44,142 nt of DNA, from positions 1 through 44,142 of the forward strand of contig JAUWLK010000001.1 of NCBI GenBank assembly GCA_030613745.1, read 5' to 3'. Under the pieces are notes generated by a model. The model did not search any database, was not told the DNA's origin, and saw only the letters and a list, made by a program, of their open reading frames with translations. Position 1 is the stretch's first letter. Every line of letters starts with the position of its first letter. This document shows positions 6,914 through 16,556 of this stretch, piece by piece. Origin of the DNA: Flavobacteriaceae bacterium (GTDB taxonomy: Bacteria; Bacteroidota; Bacteroidia; Flavobacteriales; Flavobacteriaceae). Made by a program: the position numbers and the translations under genes.

Positions 6914-8173
6914 TCATTTCTTGATTGTTTTCCTCAAATCGCTTTTCTTCAAATTACTTAGCTTGTTGATAACTAATTCCCTTCTTCCTTTTTGTTTGCT
7001 AGATTCATAGATAACGATTAAAGGCTCATTAATTTGTTTAGCATACCGGTTTAAATAATCCTCCCATTCTTGGCGGTTTTTAAATTGACCGCTTTCTTTC
7101 CAGCCAAAGCCAGCATAATAGACCACTTTATTATTCTTGATTTTTAGTTGTGCATAAGCATTACTTAAGTCTTTAATATTGATTTCATATTTTTTTAAAT
7201 TAAGAATGGAATGTGGTGAAGCTACAATGGCAGTTCCAAGTTCTGATTCTCCATGGGGTTGCCAATAACTTATCCAACCATGTTTATTATTTTTAGTTAC
7301 TTCCCCATCTTTTTCATGTAGTGTTAAACCTACTGAAATCGTAATGTTTCCGTTTATAAAAGTTTCAAATTTCATGAGATTATTCCCCTTATCTAAACTA
7401 ATAATTTTAGATTCTTTTATTAATTTTCCACCTGCATCCCAATCTTCATACTCCAAATAAAAACTAGCTCGAATTGGACCTGTAGTAATTGTTTTCCATT
7501 TGGTAAAGTTCTTTGAAAAATAATATTTGTCATCTTTTTTAATGCCAATACCACCAACACCTCTACTAATGCCCACATGAAAGTTATCTAGCCCTTCACC
7601 AGTATCTTCATGATAACTTCCTGTGCCTTCAGTTGTTTTTTTATACCATTTATTAATAACAGGGTATTCAACCTTTTTTAGCCAGGCATCAACACCGCTA
7701 GATAAAGTACCTCCCGGAACAGAATCTTCAGCCATTTTTTGTGCTGTGGGTCCATAAACTCTAAAGGCAACTTTGTTGTTTTCCCAAGTATAATCATCAG
7801 TACGTTCTGGTACAAAGCGCGAATAACAAAATGCTGTAGCTTTTGGTTGTTCTTCTGTAGTTAAAATTACTATCTCATATGCTTTTTCCGAAGAAGGGGG
7901 CAATTTTGGTTGAAATAACAATTGATCCATTTCACCATCACCGTTGGTATCAACCGTTTGAGTGATTTGAAGTTCATTATTTTCAGTGTCACGAATACCA
8001 ATAACAGATAAATCTTCTACTTTTAGTACACCTTTTGACAGCTCAATGGTTTCAAAACTGCGTTCTAGAGCTAAAGTATTTTTTACTAAAATGGTAGTAC
8101 TCTTATCTTTTTGAGAGCAAGAAAACATTAGAGTAATACAGGATACTATTGTAAAAAACTTATTTGTATTCAT
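6914..8173 (-). CDS. DUF4861-family lipoprotein
   Basis: CYSRFVPERTDDYTWENNKVAFRVYGP and YYAGFGW motifs. Lipobox LMFSC after the likely start ATG at 8173 (the longer ORF start overlaps kduD). Confidence 0.8.
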   Translation of the reverse strand: MNTNKFFTIVSCITLMFSCSQKDKSTTILVKNTLALERSFETIELSKGVLKVEDLSVIGIRDTENNELQITQTVDTNGDGEMDQLLFQPKLPPSSEKAYEIVILTTEEQPKATAFCYSRFVPERTDDYTWENNKVAFRVYGPTAQKMAEDSVPGGTLSSGVDAWLKKVEYPVINKWYKKTTEGTGSYHEDTGEGLDNFHVGISRGVGGIGIKKDDKYYFSKNFTKWKTITTGPIRASFYLEYEDWDAGGKLIKESKIISLDKGNNLMKFETFINGNITISVGLTLHEKDGEVTKNNKHGWISYWQPHGESELGTAIVASPHSILNLKKYEINIKDLSNAYAQLKIKNNKVVYYAGFGWKESGQFKNRQEWEDYLNRYAKQINEPLIVIYESSKQKGRRELVINKLSNLKKSDLRKTIKK

Positions 8174-8192
8174 AATACGGTTTTTTATAGTG

Positions 8193-8984
8193 TTAATCTT
8201 CATTTGAAGGTTTTCCAATTGTAGCAAGAATTCCACCATCTACATAAATGATTTGTCCATTCACAAAATCACTTGCTTTAGAACTTAAGAAAATAGCCGC
8301 ACCTTGTAAATCTTCAGGATCACCCCAACGATTTGCAGGTGTTCTGCTTATGATAAAATCGTTAAAAGGATGTCCGTTTACTCTAAGCGGAGCAGTTTGA
8401 CTTGTAGCAAAATATCCCGGGCCAATACCGTTGGTTTGAATATTATATTTAGCCCATTCCGTAGCCATATTTTTAGTCAACATTTTTAAACCACCTTTCG
8501 CTGCTGCATAAGCAGAAACAGTACTTCTACCCAATTCACTCATCATAGAGTTGATATTAATTATTTTTCCTGCACGACGTGCAATCATTTTACGACCCAC
8601 ATACTTAGAAACAATAAAAGGTCCAACCAAATCGACATCAATTACCGCTCGAAAATCTTTAGTTTCCATATCTTCCATAAGAACTCTTTTAATAATCCCA
8701 GCGTTGTTAATTAAAATATCAATAGAGCCAACTTCTTTCTCAATCAGGTCTATATGTTCTTTCACAGCATGGTCATCCGTAACATCAAATACATAAGTGT
8801 GTACTTTTAATCCTTCGCTCTCATATTCCTTTTTTGCTACATCTAGCATATCTGGAGTATGATTATTAATAATTAATTCTGCGCCGGCATGCCCTAATCC
8901 TTTAGCCATAGCCATCCCTAAACCGTGTACTGCTCCTGTAATAAGAGCCCTTTTTCCTGTTAAATCGAATAAGTTATCAGACAT
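8193..8984 (-). CDS. kduD: SDR gluconate 5-dehydrogenase / 2-deoxy-D-gluconate 3-dehydrogenase (KduD role)
   Basis: TGAVHGLG, NNAG and YAAAK motifs. Directly downstream of kduI. Confidence 0.85.
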   Translation of the reverse strand: MSDNLFDLTGKRALITGAVHGLGMAMAKGLGHAGAELIINNHTPDMLDVAKKEYESEGLKVHTYVFDVTDDHAVKEHIDLIEKEVGSIDILINNAGIIKRVLMEDMETKDFRAVIDVDLVGPFIVSKYVGRKMIARRAGKIININSMMSELGRSTVSAYAAAKGGLKMLTKNMATEWAKYNIQTNGIGPGYFATSQTAPLRVNGHPFNDFIISRTPANRWGDPEDLQGAAIFLSSKASDFVNGQIIYVDGGILATIGKPSNED

Positions 8985-9001
8985 TCTTTATAATTATTAG
9001 G

Positions 9002-9844
9002 TTATCTTAATTCATTTATTTTACAATGATCCATATCGCCGTAGTCTAGATTTTCACCAGCCATACCCCAAATAAAAATGTAGTTGCTAGTTCCAGAACC
9101 AGAGTGAATAGACCATGGAGGTGAAATCACCGCTTGATTATTTTGCATCCAAATATGTCTGGTTTCGGTAGGTTCTCCCATAAAATGGCAGACCGATTGA
9201 TCTTCTGGTACTTCAAAATAAAAATACACTTCCATTCTTCTATCGTGAACATGAGCTGGCATTGTATTCCAAACACTTCCAGTTTTTAGTTCTGTCATGC
9301 CCATTTGTACTTGACAGGTTTCTACGATACTATTTACAATTAGTTTTCTTATAGTTCTTGCGTTTGCTGTTTCCACAGAACCCAATTCTACTGTTTCAGC
9401 ATCACTTTGGCTAATTTTTTTTATTGGAAACTTTTTATGAGCAGGAGTAGAATTTAAATAAAATTTTGCTGGATTTGAAGCGTCATCACTACTAAAAACT
9501 ATTTCTTTATTCTCTCTACCTACATATAAAGCTTCTTTATAAGATAATTTAAAATTTTCTCCATCAACCAATACATTGCCACTACCACCGACGTTAATTA
9601 TCCCTAATTCTCTTCGTTCTAAAAAGAATTCTGCTTTTAGAGGGGCAATAGATTCTAATTTTAATGGGCTAGTTGTTGGTACAGCACTTCCCACAATATA
9701 TCTGTCATAGTGTGTGTACACTAATTTTATTGCATCAGGCTCCATTAAATCATTAACTAAAAACTCTTCTCGCAATCTTGTTGTGTTATAAGATTTAACA
9801 TCTTGAGGAGATGATGCATATCTTACCTGATAATTATGTTCCAT
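9002..9844 (-). CDS. kduI: 5-dehydro-4-deoxy-D-glucuronate isomerase
   Basis: FLERRELG, WNTMPAHVHDRRMEVYFYF and SPPWSIHSG...WGMAGEN. Confidence 0.95.
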   Translation of the reverse strand: MEHNYQVRYASSPQDVKSYNTTRLREEFLVNDLMEPDAIKLVYTHYDRYIVGSAVPTTSPLKLESIAPLKAEFFLERRELGIINVGGSGNVLVDGENFKLSYKEALYVGRENKEIVFSSDDASNPAKFYLNSTPAHKKFPIKKISQSDAETVELGSVETANARTIRKLIVNSIVETCQVQMGMTELKTGSVWNTMPAHVHDRRMEVYFYFEVPEDQSVCHFMGEPTETRHIWMQNNQAVISPPWSIHSGSGTSNYIFIWGMAGENLDYGDMDHCKINELR

Positions 9845-9880
9845 AATCTGTATTTTTTTGTAAATGTAATAAATAATTTC

Positions 9881-9904
9881 TAAAATACAATCGATTGTAT
9901 TTTA
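9881..9904. promoter_or_regulatory. LacI-family operator (perfect 24-bp palindrome)
   Basis: taaaatacaatcgattgtatttta with central CG, between the divergent kduI and LacI genes. Confidence 0.8.
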
Positions 9905-9960
9905 TTTAATACATTTGTATTGTATATATTACTCAATATTAAGTTAAATGCTTTATAATA

Positions 9961-10977
9961 ATGGAAAAAAGCAAAGCAACTATACATGATATTTCTGAAG
10001 CATTAGGCATTGATAGTTCAACGGTGTCTAGAGCTTTAAATGATAGTTCTCGAGTTAAGGGAAAAACAAAAAAAAAGATAATTAATAAGGCTAGAGAATT
10101 AGGATATCAAAGAAATAGTTTGGCATCTAAACTACGAACTAATAAAACCAATACTATTGGAGTTATTGTTCCGAGAATATCAAGACATTTCTTTTCGTCT
10201 GTTATTGCAGGAATTGAAGAAGTGGCTTTTAATTCTAATTATGACATTATAATATGTCAATCACTAGAAAGTGTAGAGCGAGAAAAAAAGTTAATAGAGA
10301 CGCTCTTGTCTAATAGAGTAGATGGTATTTTAATTTCCATTTCAATGGAATCAACAAATTATGACCATTTTGAGGCATACAAAAGGCAAGGTTATCCCAT
10401 CATATTTTTTGATAGACCTTGTAATATTTTAGAAAACACGAATGTAATTATTAATGATTTTCAGGCTAGTTTTGAAGCTACTGAACATCTAATTGATATA
10501 GGTTGCAAAGATATTGTACATTTTTCTGGACCACAAACTCTAGAGCTATATAAGAAAAGGCGTAATGGCTATATGGCCGCATTAGAAAAGCACGGGATTC
10601 TTGTTAGAAAAGAGTATATTATAGAATCACATTTAATGCAAGAAGATGGGATAGAAAGCGCAAAAAAAATCTTGAATTTACCCAAAGTAGATAGTGTATT
10701 TTCGGCAAATGATACAGCAGCAATAAGTGCTATGCAATATTTAAAAAAAAAACATATAAATATTCCAAAAGACATTGCCTTTGTAGGGTTTAGTAATGAA
10801 CCAATTTCCGTAGTAATAACACCTTCACTAACCACTATAGAGCAACCAGATTTTAAAATGGGTAAGGAAGCTTTTAAATTATTGTTTGAACAGATTGAAA
10901 ATAAAACCAGTCAAAAAGAAAATAAAACCAAGATATTTTCTTCTAAATTAATTATTAGAAGTTCTACAAAAAGATGA
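9961..10977 (+). CDS. LacI-family transcriptional regulator
   Basis: HTH ATIHDISEALGIDSSTVSRALN, periplasmic-binding-like domain, PSLTTI. Confidence 0.95.
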   Translation: MEKSKATIHDISEALGIDSSTVSRALNDSSRVKGKTKKKIINKARELGYQRNSLASKLRTNKTNTIGVIVPRISRHFFSSVIAGIEEVAFNSNYDIIICQSLESVEREKKLIETLLSNRVDGILISISMESTNYDHFEAYKRQGYPIIFFDRPCNILENTNVIINDFQASFEATEHLIDIGCKDIVHFSGPQTLELYKKRRNGYMAALEKHGILVRKEYIIESHLMQEDGIESAKKILNLPKVDSVFSANDTAAISAMQYLKKKHINIPKDIAFVGFSNEPISVVITPSLTTIEQPDFKMGKEAFKLLFEQIENKTSQKENKTKIFSSKLIIRSSTKR

Positions 10978-13900
10978 AAAAACAATATTTCATATTTTTT
11001 TTACTATTTAATGCGTTAATGCAAAATGTAAACTCACAAGAGTTTGAGCAATTAAAGTTTAAGCATTTATCTTCGAAAGAAGGGCTGTCTCAAAGATCTG
11101 TAATCGATATTTTTCAGGATAAAAAAGGATATTTATGGTTTGCTACAAGAGATGGTTTAAATAAATATGACGGATATACTTTTACGATCTATCGTCATAA
11201 TTCAGAGGATTCTAAAAGTTTAAGTCATAGTTGGGTTACAGCTATTCACGAAGATAATTATGGAAATTTGTGGGTAGGAACAAAAGATGGCTTAAATAAA
11301 TACAATCCGGAACAAGACAATTTTATTCGGTATAAACAAAATTCAAAGTTAAATTCTATTACCCATAATGAAATTTGGGACTTAATTCAACTTGAGAGCA
11401 ATGTGCTATGGGTAGCTACAAGCAATGGCGTTAATCAAATAAGGATAAAAGAAGATAGTATATCTCATTTCAAAAATCAAAAAGAGAACACTAGATTTCC
11501 TTTGATTGATGTTAGAACTAGAGGATTTATGGCATCAAAAGAAGGGGAGCTATGGATTAGCACTGTAGAGGGTATTAATGTATTTAACCCTAGAGATAAT
11601 AAGGTTACTCATTATAATTATCCTAAAGGAGTTACAAAAGATGATCATATAAATAATTTTCCAACTTTATTTGAAGATAGTTATAAAAACATATGGTTGG
11701 GGCATGAGAAAGGGCTAGCCATTTTTAATAAAAAACAAAATGTTTTTGTTGATTATATTTTCAATAAAACGAAGGCAATTACAAGTGCAGTACGCAGTAT
11801 TTGCGAAGATTACTCAGGTAATTTATGGATAGGTACATATTCTGGATTATATCTGTTAAACCAAGAAAATTATACACTAAAAAATATTTCACATAATGAG
11901 AACGACCCAAAAAGTTTAAGCCAAAATTCAATTTATAAAATTTTCAGAGATTCTCGAGGAGATATGTGGATTGGTACATGGGCGGGTGGTATTAATTATT
12001 TTGATAAAAGTTATAATATCTTTAAACAGTTTTCTTCAGGAAATAGTGAAAATATGCTTAACTATGAAGTAGTAAGCGCTATTGTTGAAGATGACTTTCA
12101 AAATTTATGGGTAGGCACAGAAGGAGGTGGCATTAATTTTTACAATAGAAAAACAGGAAGATTTACATATTATACTCATAACCCAAACAATAAAAATAGT
12201 TTAAGTTCTAATAATGTGAAATCCATAATTAAAGATTACAATGGAAACCTTTGGATTGGTACTCATGATAAAGGGCTAAACTTTTTAAACACAAAAGAGA
12301 GACCATTTGTATTTAAAAAATTTAACACCATTGAAATAGAAGGAAGGGCTATTTCTGATTATCGAATTCTGTCGTTGTTTGAAGATAAAAATCAAAACAT
12401 ATGGATAGGAACTTTAACAAAAGGATTGTTTTTTCACAACGTTAAGTCAAAATTGTTCTATAAACTAGACAATACTACGAAATCAATTAAAACAATTGTA
12501 CCATCCAAGGACCCTAATTATTTAATTATTGGTGGGTCTCATGAGCTAGAAAAAGTAAACATCAATACCAGAGAGCAGCATAAAGTTGCGCTTGGAGTTA
12601 ATAACAAAGGAAATTCTTTAAAGACTATAAATTGTATATACATAGACAAGGTCAATAATTATTGGATAGGAACGGAAGGAGATGGTTTGTTATTTTATAA
12701 CACAACTAAAAAAAGCACCACGAAGTATGGTATTACCCATGGGTTGCCCAATGAAGTTGTTTACGGAGTTTTAGAAGATGAAAACAATAATCTATGGGTA
12801 AGTACTAATAAAGGTATAAGCCGATTCAATATAATATCAAAGAAAATCAAAAATTTTGACGTATCAGATGGCTTACAAGGTAATGAGTTTAATTATGGCG
12901 CTTTTCTTAAGGTGTCTTCAAATGAATTAATGTTTGGAGGAGTAAATGGTATTACATATTTTAATCCAAATCAAATAAACGAAAACACATTCATTCCTAG
13001 AATTGATATCCATAATTTAAGAGTTAATAATAATCCGTTTTTAAAAATAACAGACTCAACAACTCAAATTACTCTAAAATACAATCAAAATAATTTTAAT
13101 ATTGACTTCATAGGTTTAAGTTATTCGCAATCGAATAAAAATCAATATGCTTATAAATTAGAAAACTTTGATGAAGACTGGAATTATATAGGTAATAGTA
13201 GAACCGCCACGTATACAAATATTGATCAAGGAAATTACATTTTTAGAGTTAAAGGATCTAATAATGATAGCGTATGGAATGAACAGGGAGATTTAATTAA
13301 ACTTTCAGTTCTTCCAGCACCGTGGAAAACATGGTGGGCTTTTTTAATATATGCTGCTATTATAGCCACTATTCTCTATTATATTAATATACTATTAGCG
13401 GCAAGAATCAAAGTAAAAAATGAACTGATTCAAGAAAAAAATCATAGAGAAAGAATAGAGGATGTCAACAAATTAAAATTACAATTATTTACCAATATTT
13501 CACATGATTTTAGAACACCTTTAACGCTTATAGCTGCTCCATTACAACAACTTATAGAAAAGAAAAAAGGAGATAAAGAAACTCAGAATCAGCTTAAGAG
13601 TATGTATAGAAATGCTCTAACATTACTTCAACTAATTAACCAGTTGCTAGATTTCAGAAAAAGCGAAGCAGGTAAACTAGAATTAAAAGTATCAAAAAAA
13701 AATATAGTCCCTTTTATAGAAAATGTGAAACTATCTTTTGAAGAGCTAGCAAAACAAAGAAATATTACTTATTCCTTTAAAACTACCAAAGAAACGATTG
13801 ATGTTTGGTATGATAGTATTGAACTTAAAAAAGTGATTGTTAATTTACTATCGAATGCTTTTAAGTTTACCCCTGTTAATGGGGCAATAACAATAATTGC

Positions 13901-15071
13901 TTCTATCTCAAGTGAATTATTTATCGATAACAATAAGAAAGGAAATATCAAGATAGAGATTAAAGATACTGGTGGAGGTATTCCTAAAAAAGAAATAGCA
14001 CACATATTCGATCGCTTTTTCCAATTAGGTGCTCTAGATAAAAAAAGATATGGAACAGGAGTAGGATTGTCGTTAACGAAAGACATCGTAGAGCTTCACC
14101 ATGGTAAAATTCAGGTTAAAAGTAACCATGGAGAAGGTGTTACCTTTATAGTATTACTACCTTTAGGCATGGCACATTTTAGCCCTGAAGAAACAACTAT
14201 AGAAAATGAAGTTGAAAATATTGAGCGTTTTAGTTTTTACGAGTCTACAATTTTAAAACCAGAGTGGATTGAGAGCGAAATAGACGTGAAAGAAGCAAAA
14301 TTTGATGAATCTTTACCTACTATTTTATTAGTTGAAGACAACATAGAAATACGAGTGCTTATTAAAAAAATATTTAAAGAATATTTTAATATTTTTGAAG
14401 CCGAAAATGGAAAAAAAGGCATTGAAATAGCTGAAACTAAACCAATAGATTTAATAATTAGCGATGTTATGATGCCCGTTATGGGAGGTATAGAAATGTC
14501 TCATAATTTAAAAACTAATATAAAAACCAGTCATATACCTATAATATTGCTTACGGCAAGAACATCTTTAAAGGCTCAGGAAAAAGGATATAAAACAGGC
14601 GCAGACATTTATATAACCAAGCCTTTTGATGCCAACATTTTAAAACTACAAGTAAATAATCTATTTGAGTCAAGAAAGAATATGATTCTTAAATATAAAA
14701 AGGATATCATTTTATCTCCTAAAGAAATAACCGTTACGTCTGCCGATGAACAATTCTTGGAAAAAGCCTTTAAAATTGTAGAAGAAAACATGGAAGAGTC
14801 TAGTTTTAATGCCCAGTCTTTTACTGAGAAAATGAGTGTAAGTCGTACGTTGTTGTATAATAAAATAAAAGCTTTAACAGGTCAATCACTTTCGGAGTTT
14901 GTTAGAACAATCAGACTTAAAAAAGCGGCTCAAATGATTACGCAAACACAAATGAATATATCTAATATTGCCTATGATTTGGGCTTTAATGACTTAAAAT
15001 ATTTTAGAAATAGTTTTAAAAATATTTATCATGTAACACCTACACAATATAGGTCTAAATCTAAAAATTAA
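10974..15071 (+). CDS. Hybrid two-component system (beta-propeller sensor, Y_Y_Y, HisKA, HATPase, REC, AraC HTH)
   Basis: Repeated GNLWIGT blades, TM PWKTWWA, FTNISHDFRTPLT, GTGVGL, SDVMMP, and C-terminal IAYDLGF. Confidence 0.95.
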   Translation: MKKQYFIFFLLFNALMQNVNSQEFEQLKFKHLSSKEGLSQRSVIDIFQDKKGYLWFATRDGLNKYDGYTFTIYRHNSEDSKSLSHSWVTAIHEDNYGNLWVGTKDGLNKYNPEQDNFIRYKQNSKLNSITHNEIWDLIQLESNVLWVATSNGVNQIRIKEDSISHFKNQKENTRFPLIDVRTRGFMASKEGELWISTVEGINVFNPRDNKVTHYNYPKGVTKDDHINNFPTLFEDSYKNIWLGHEKGLAIFNKKQNVFVDYIFNKTKAITSAVRSICEDYSGNLWIGTYSGLYLLNQENYTLKNISHNENDPKSLSQNSIYKIFRDSRGDMWIGTWAGGINYFDKSYNIFKQFSSGNSENMLNYEVVSAIVEDDFQNLWVGTEGGGINFYNRKTGRFTYYTHNPNNKNSLSSNNVKSIIKDYNGNLWIGTHDKGLNFLNTKERPFVFKKFNTIEIEGRAISDYRILSLFEDKNQNIWIGTLTKGLFFHNVKSKLFYKLDNTTKSIKTIVPSKDPNYLIIGGSHELEKVNINTREQHKVALGVNNKGNSLKTINCIYIDKVNNYWIGTEGDGLLFYNTTKKSTTKYGITHGLPNEVVYGVLEDENNNLWVSTNKGISRFNIISKKIKNFDVSDGLQGNEFNYGAFLKVSSNELMFGGVNGITYFNPNQINENTFIPRIDIHNLRVNNNPFLKITDSTTQITLKYNQNNFNIDFIGLSYSQSNKNQYAYKLENFDEDWNYIGNSRTATYTNIDQGNYIFRVKGSNNDSVWNEQGDLIKLSVLPAPWKTWWAFLIYAAIIATILYYINILLAARIKVKNELIQEKNHRERIEDVNKLKLQLFTNISHDFRTPLTLIAAPLQQLIEKKKGDKETQNQLKSMYRNALTLLQLINQLLDFRKSEAGKLELKVSKKNIVPFIENVKLSFEELAKQRNITYSFKTTKETIDVWYDSIELKKVIVNLLSNAFKFTPVNGAITIIASISSELFIDNNKKGNIKIEIKDTGGGIPKKEIAHIFDRFFQLGALDKKRYGTGVGLSLTKDIVELHHGKIQVKSNHGEGVTFIVLLPLGMAHFSPEETTIENEVENIERFSFYESTILKPEWIESEIDVKEAKFDESLPTILLVEDNIEIRVLIKKIFKEYFNIFEAENGKKGIEIAETKPIDLIISDVMMPVMGGIEMSHNLKTNIKTSHIPIILLTARTSLKAQEKGYKTGADIYITKPFDANILKLQVNNLFESRKNMILKYKKDIILSPKEITVTSADEQFLEKAFKIVEENMEESSFNAQSFTEKMSVSRTLLYNKIKALTGQSLSEFVRTIRLKKAAQMITQTQMNISNIAYDLGFNDLKYFRNSFKNIYHVTPTQYRSKSKN

Positions 15072-15170
15072 GCTTAGGTTTTTTTATGTAAAAAATTAAT
15101 TGCACACTCCTAATTTATATCAATTTATCCGAGACACCTTAAAATAAAGCGATTAAGATACTAGAAATAA

Positions 15171-15233
15171 CTATTTACACTCATTATTATAACTCTTACA
15201 CCCCCTTGTCAAGTATTTATTTAAATAATTTTG
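15171..15233 (+). promoter_or_regulatory. Putative HTCS-activated promoter
   Basis: ttacac direct repeat at 15175 and 15196 (21-bp period), then -7 box TAATTTTG at 15226-15233. A similar pair lies at 16465/16488 before susC. Confidence 0.45.
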
Positions 15234-15261
15234 TAATATAAATATATGTAATAAATAAAAC

Positions 15262-16461
15262 ATGTTAAAATTAGCTCTATCATTTTCTATATTTCTTTTG
15301 ATTCTTTCTTGTAATTCTATAGAAAAATTAACAGACACGCAAATTACTAATGCTAAAAACCAATTAAGCTTACTATTAGAAGAGGCAATGCAGGTTAATC
15401 GTATTCCTAGAACTGTTACTAAAGAAAACAAAATACGTTGGTGTAATCAAGATTTCGATTGGACAGAAGGCTTTTTCCCAGGTACATGTTGGTATCTATA
15501 TGAAATAACTAATGATAATAAGTGGAAAATTGCAGCCGAAAAGATGCAGTTACAGTTTGAAGAACATAAATACAAAACCAATAATCATGATCTTGGTTTT
15601 ATTTATAACACTTCTTATGGTAATGGTTATAGAATAACAAATAATAATAATTTCAAGCAGATACTTATTACAGCTGCAAATTCATTAATTACTCGTTTTG
15701 ACCCAGATGTTGGATGTATTCAAAGTTGGGATGTTAACAGTGGTTGGCAAGCCAAAAGAGGTTGGAAATACCCTGTAATAATCGATAACATGATGAATTT
15801 AGAGCTTTTATTTAAGGTTAGTGAAATTACTGGAGATAATAAATATAAAAATATAGCAATAGCCCATGCAGATACAACATTAAAAAACCATTTCCGTGAA
15901 GATAATAGTTCGTTTCATGTCATAGATTATGACCCTGAGACAGGTGAAGTTAGAAGTAAAGAAACTGCACAAGGATTTTCAGATCAAAGTTCATGGGCAC
16001 GAGGACAAGCATGGGGCTTGTACGGTTATACCGTTTGCTATCGTTTTACAAAAGATGAAAAGTATTTAGAGCAAGCACAGAAGGTTGCCAAATATATATT
16101 AAACCACAAGATTACACCAAGTGATGGCATTCCTTATTGGGATTATAATGCATCAAACATACCTAATGAGCCTAGAGATGTTTCTGCAGCAGCAATTACT
16201 GCATCAGCCTTATTAGAGCTTGACAAATATTCACAAGAAGATTATTCATCTGAAATCAAAAAAATATTAAAGAGTTTGGCAAGTGATAGCTATACGGCAA
16301 AGTTAGGAACAAATAATAATTTTCTTTTAAAGCATAGTGTTGGAAGCTTGCCTCATGGTCATGAAATTAATGTACCGCTAAATTATGCGGATTATTATTA
16401 TATAGAAGCGTTGCTAAGGTATAAGAAAGCTGGAGATAAACATAAAATTGCTGATAAATAA
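15262..16461 (+). CDS. GH88 unsaturated glucuronyl hydrolase (lipoprotein)
   Basis: DWTEGFFPG, NHDLGF, VIIDNMMNLELL, SWARGQAWGLYG and YADYYYIEAL. Confidence 0.93.
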   Translation: MLKLALSFSIFLLILSCNSIEKLTDTQITNAKNQLSLLLEEAMQVNRIPRTVTKENKIRWCNQDFDWTEGFFPGTCWYLYEITNDNKWKIAAEKMQLQFEEHKYKTNNHDLGFIYNTSYGNGYRITNNNNFKQILITAANSLITRFDPDVGCIQSWDVNSGWQAKRGWKYPVIIDNMMNLELLFKVSEITGDNKYKNIAIAHADTTLKNHFREDNSSFHVIDYDPETGEVRSKETAQGFSDQSSWARGQAWGLYGYTVCYRFTKDEKYLEQAQKVAKYILNHKITPSDGIPYWDYNASNIPNEPRDVSAAAITASALLELDKYSQEDYSSEIKKILKSLASDSYTAKLGTNNNFLLKHSVGSLPHGHEINVPLNYADYYYIEALLRYKKAGDKHKIADK

Positions 16462-16556
16462 CTATTACTCCCTATAGTAATGATTATTTACACCTTTCTT
16501 AATCTACATAAAGAATTTAATTTTACAAACATAATTATTAACTTAAATATTTTTTT

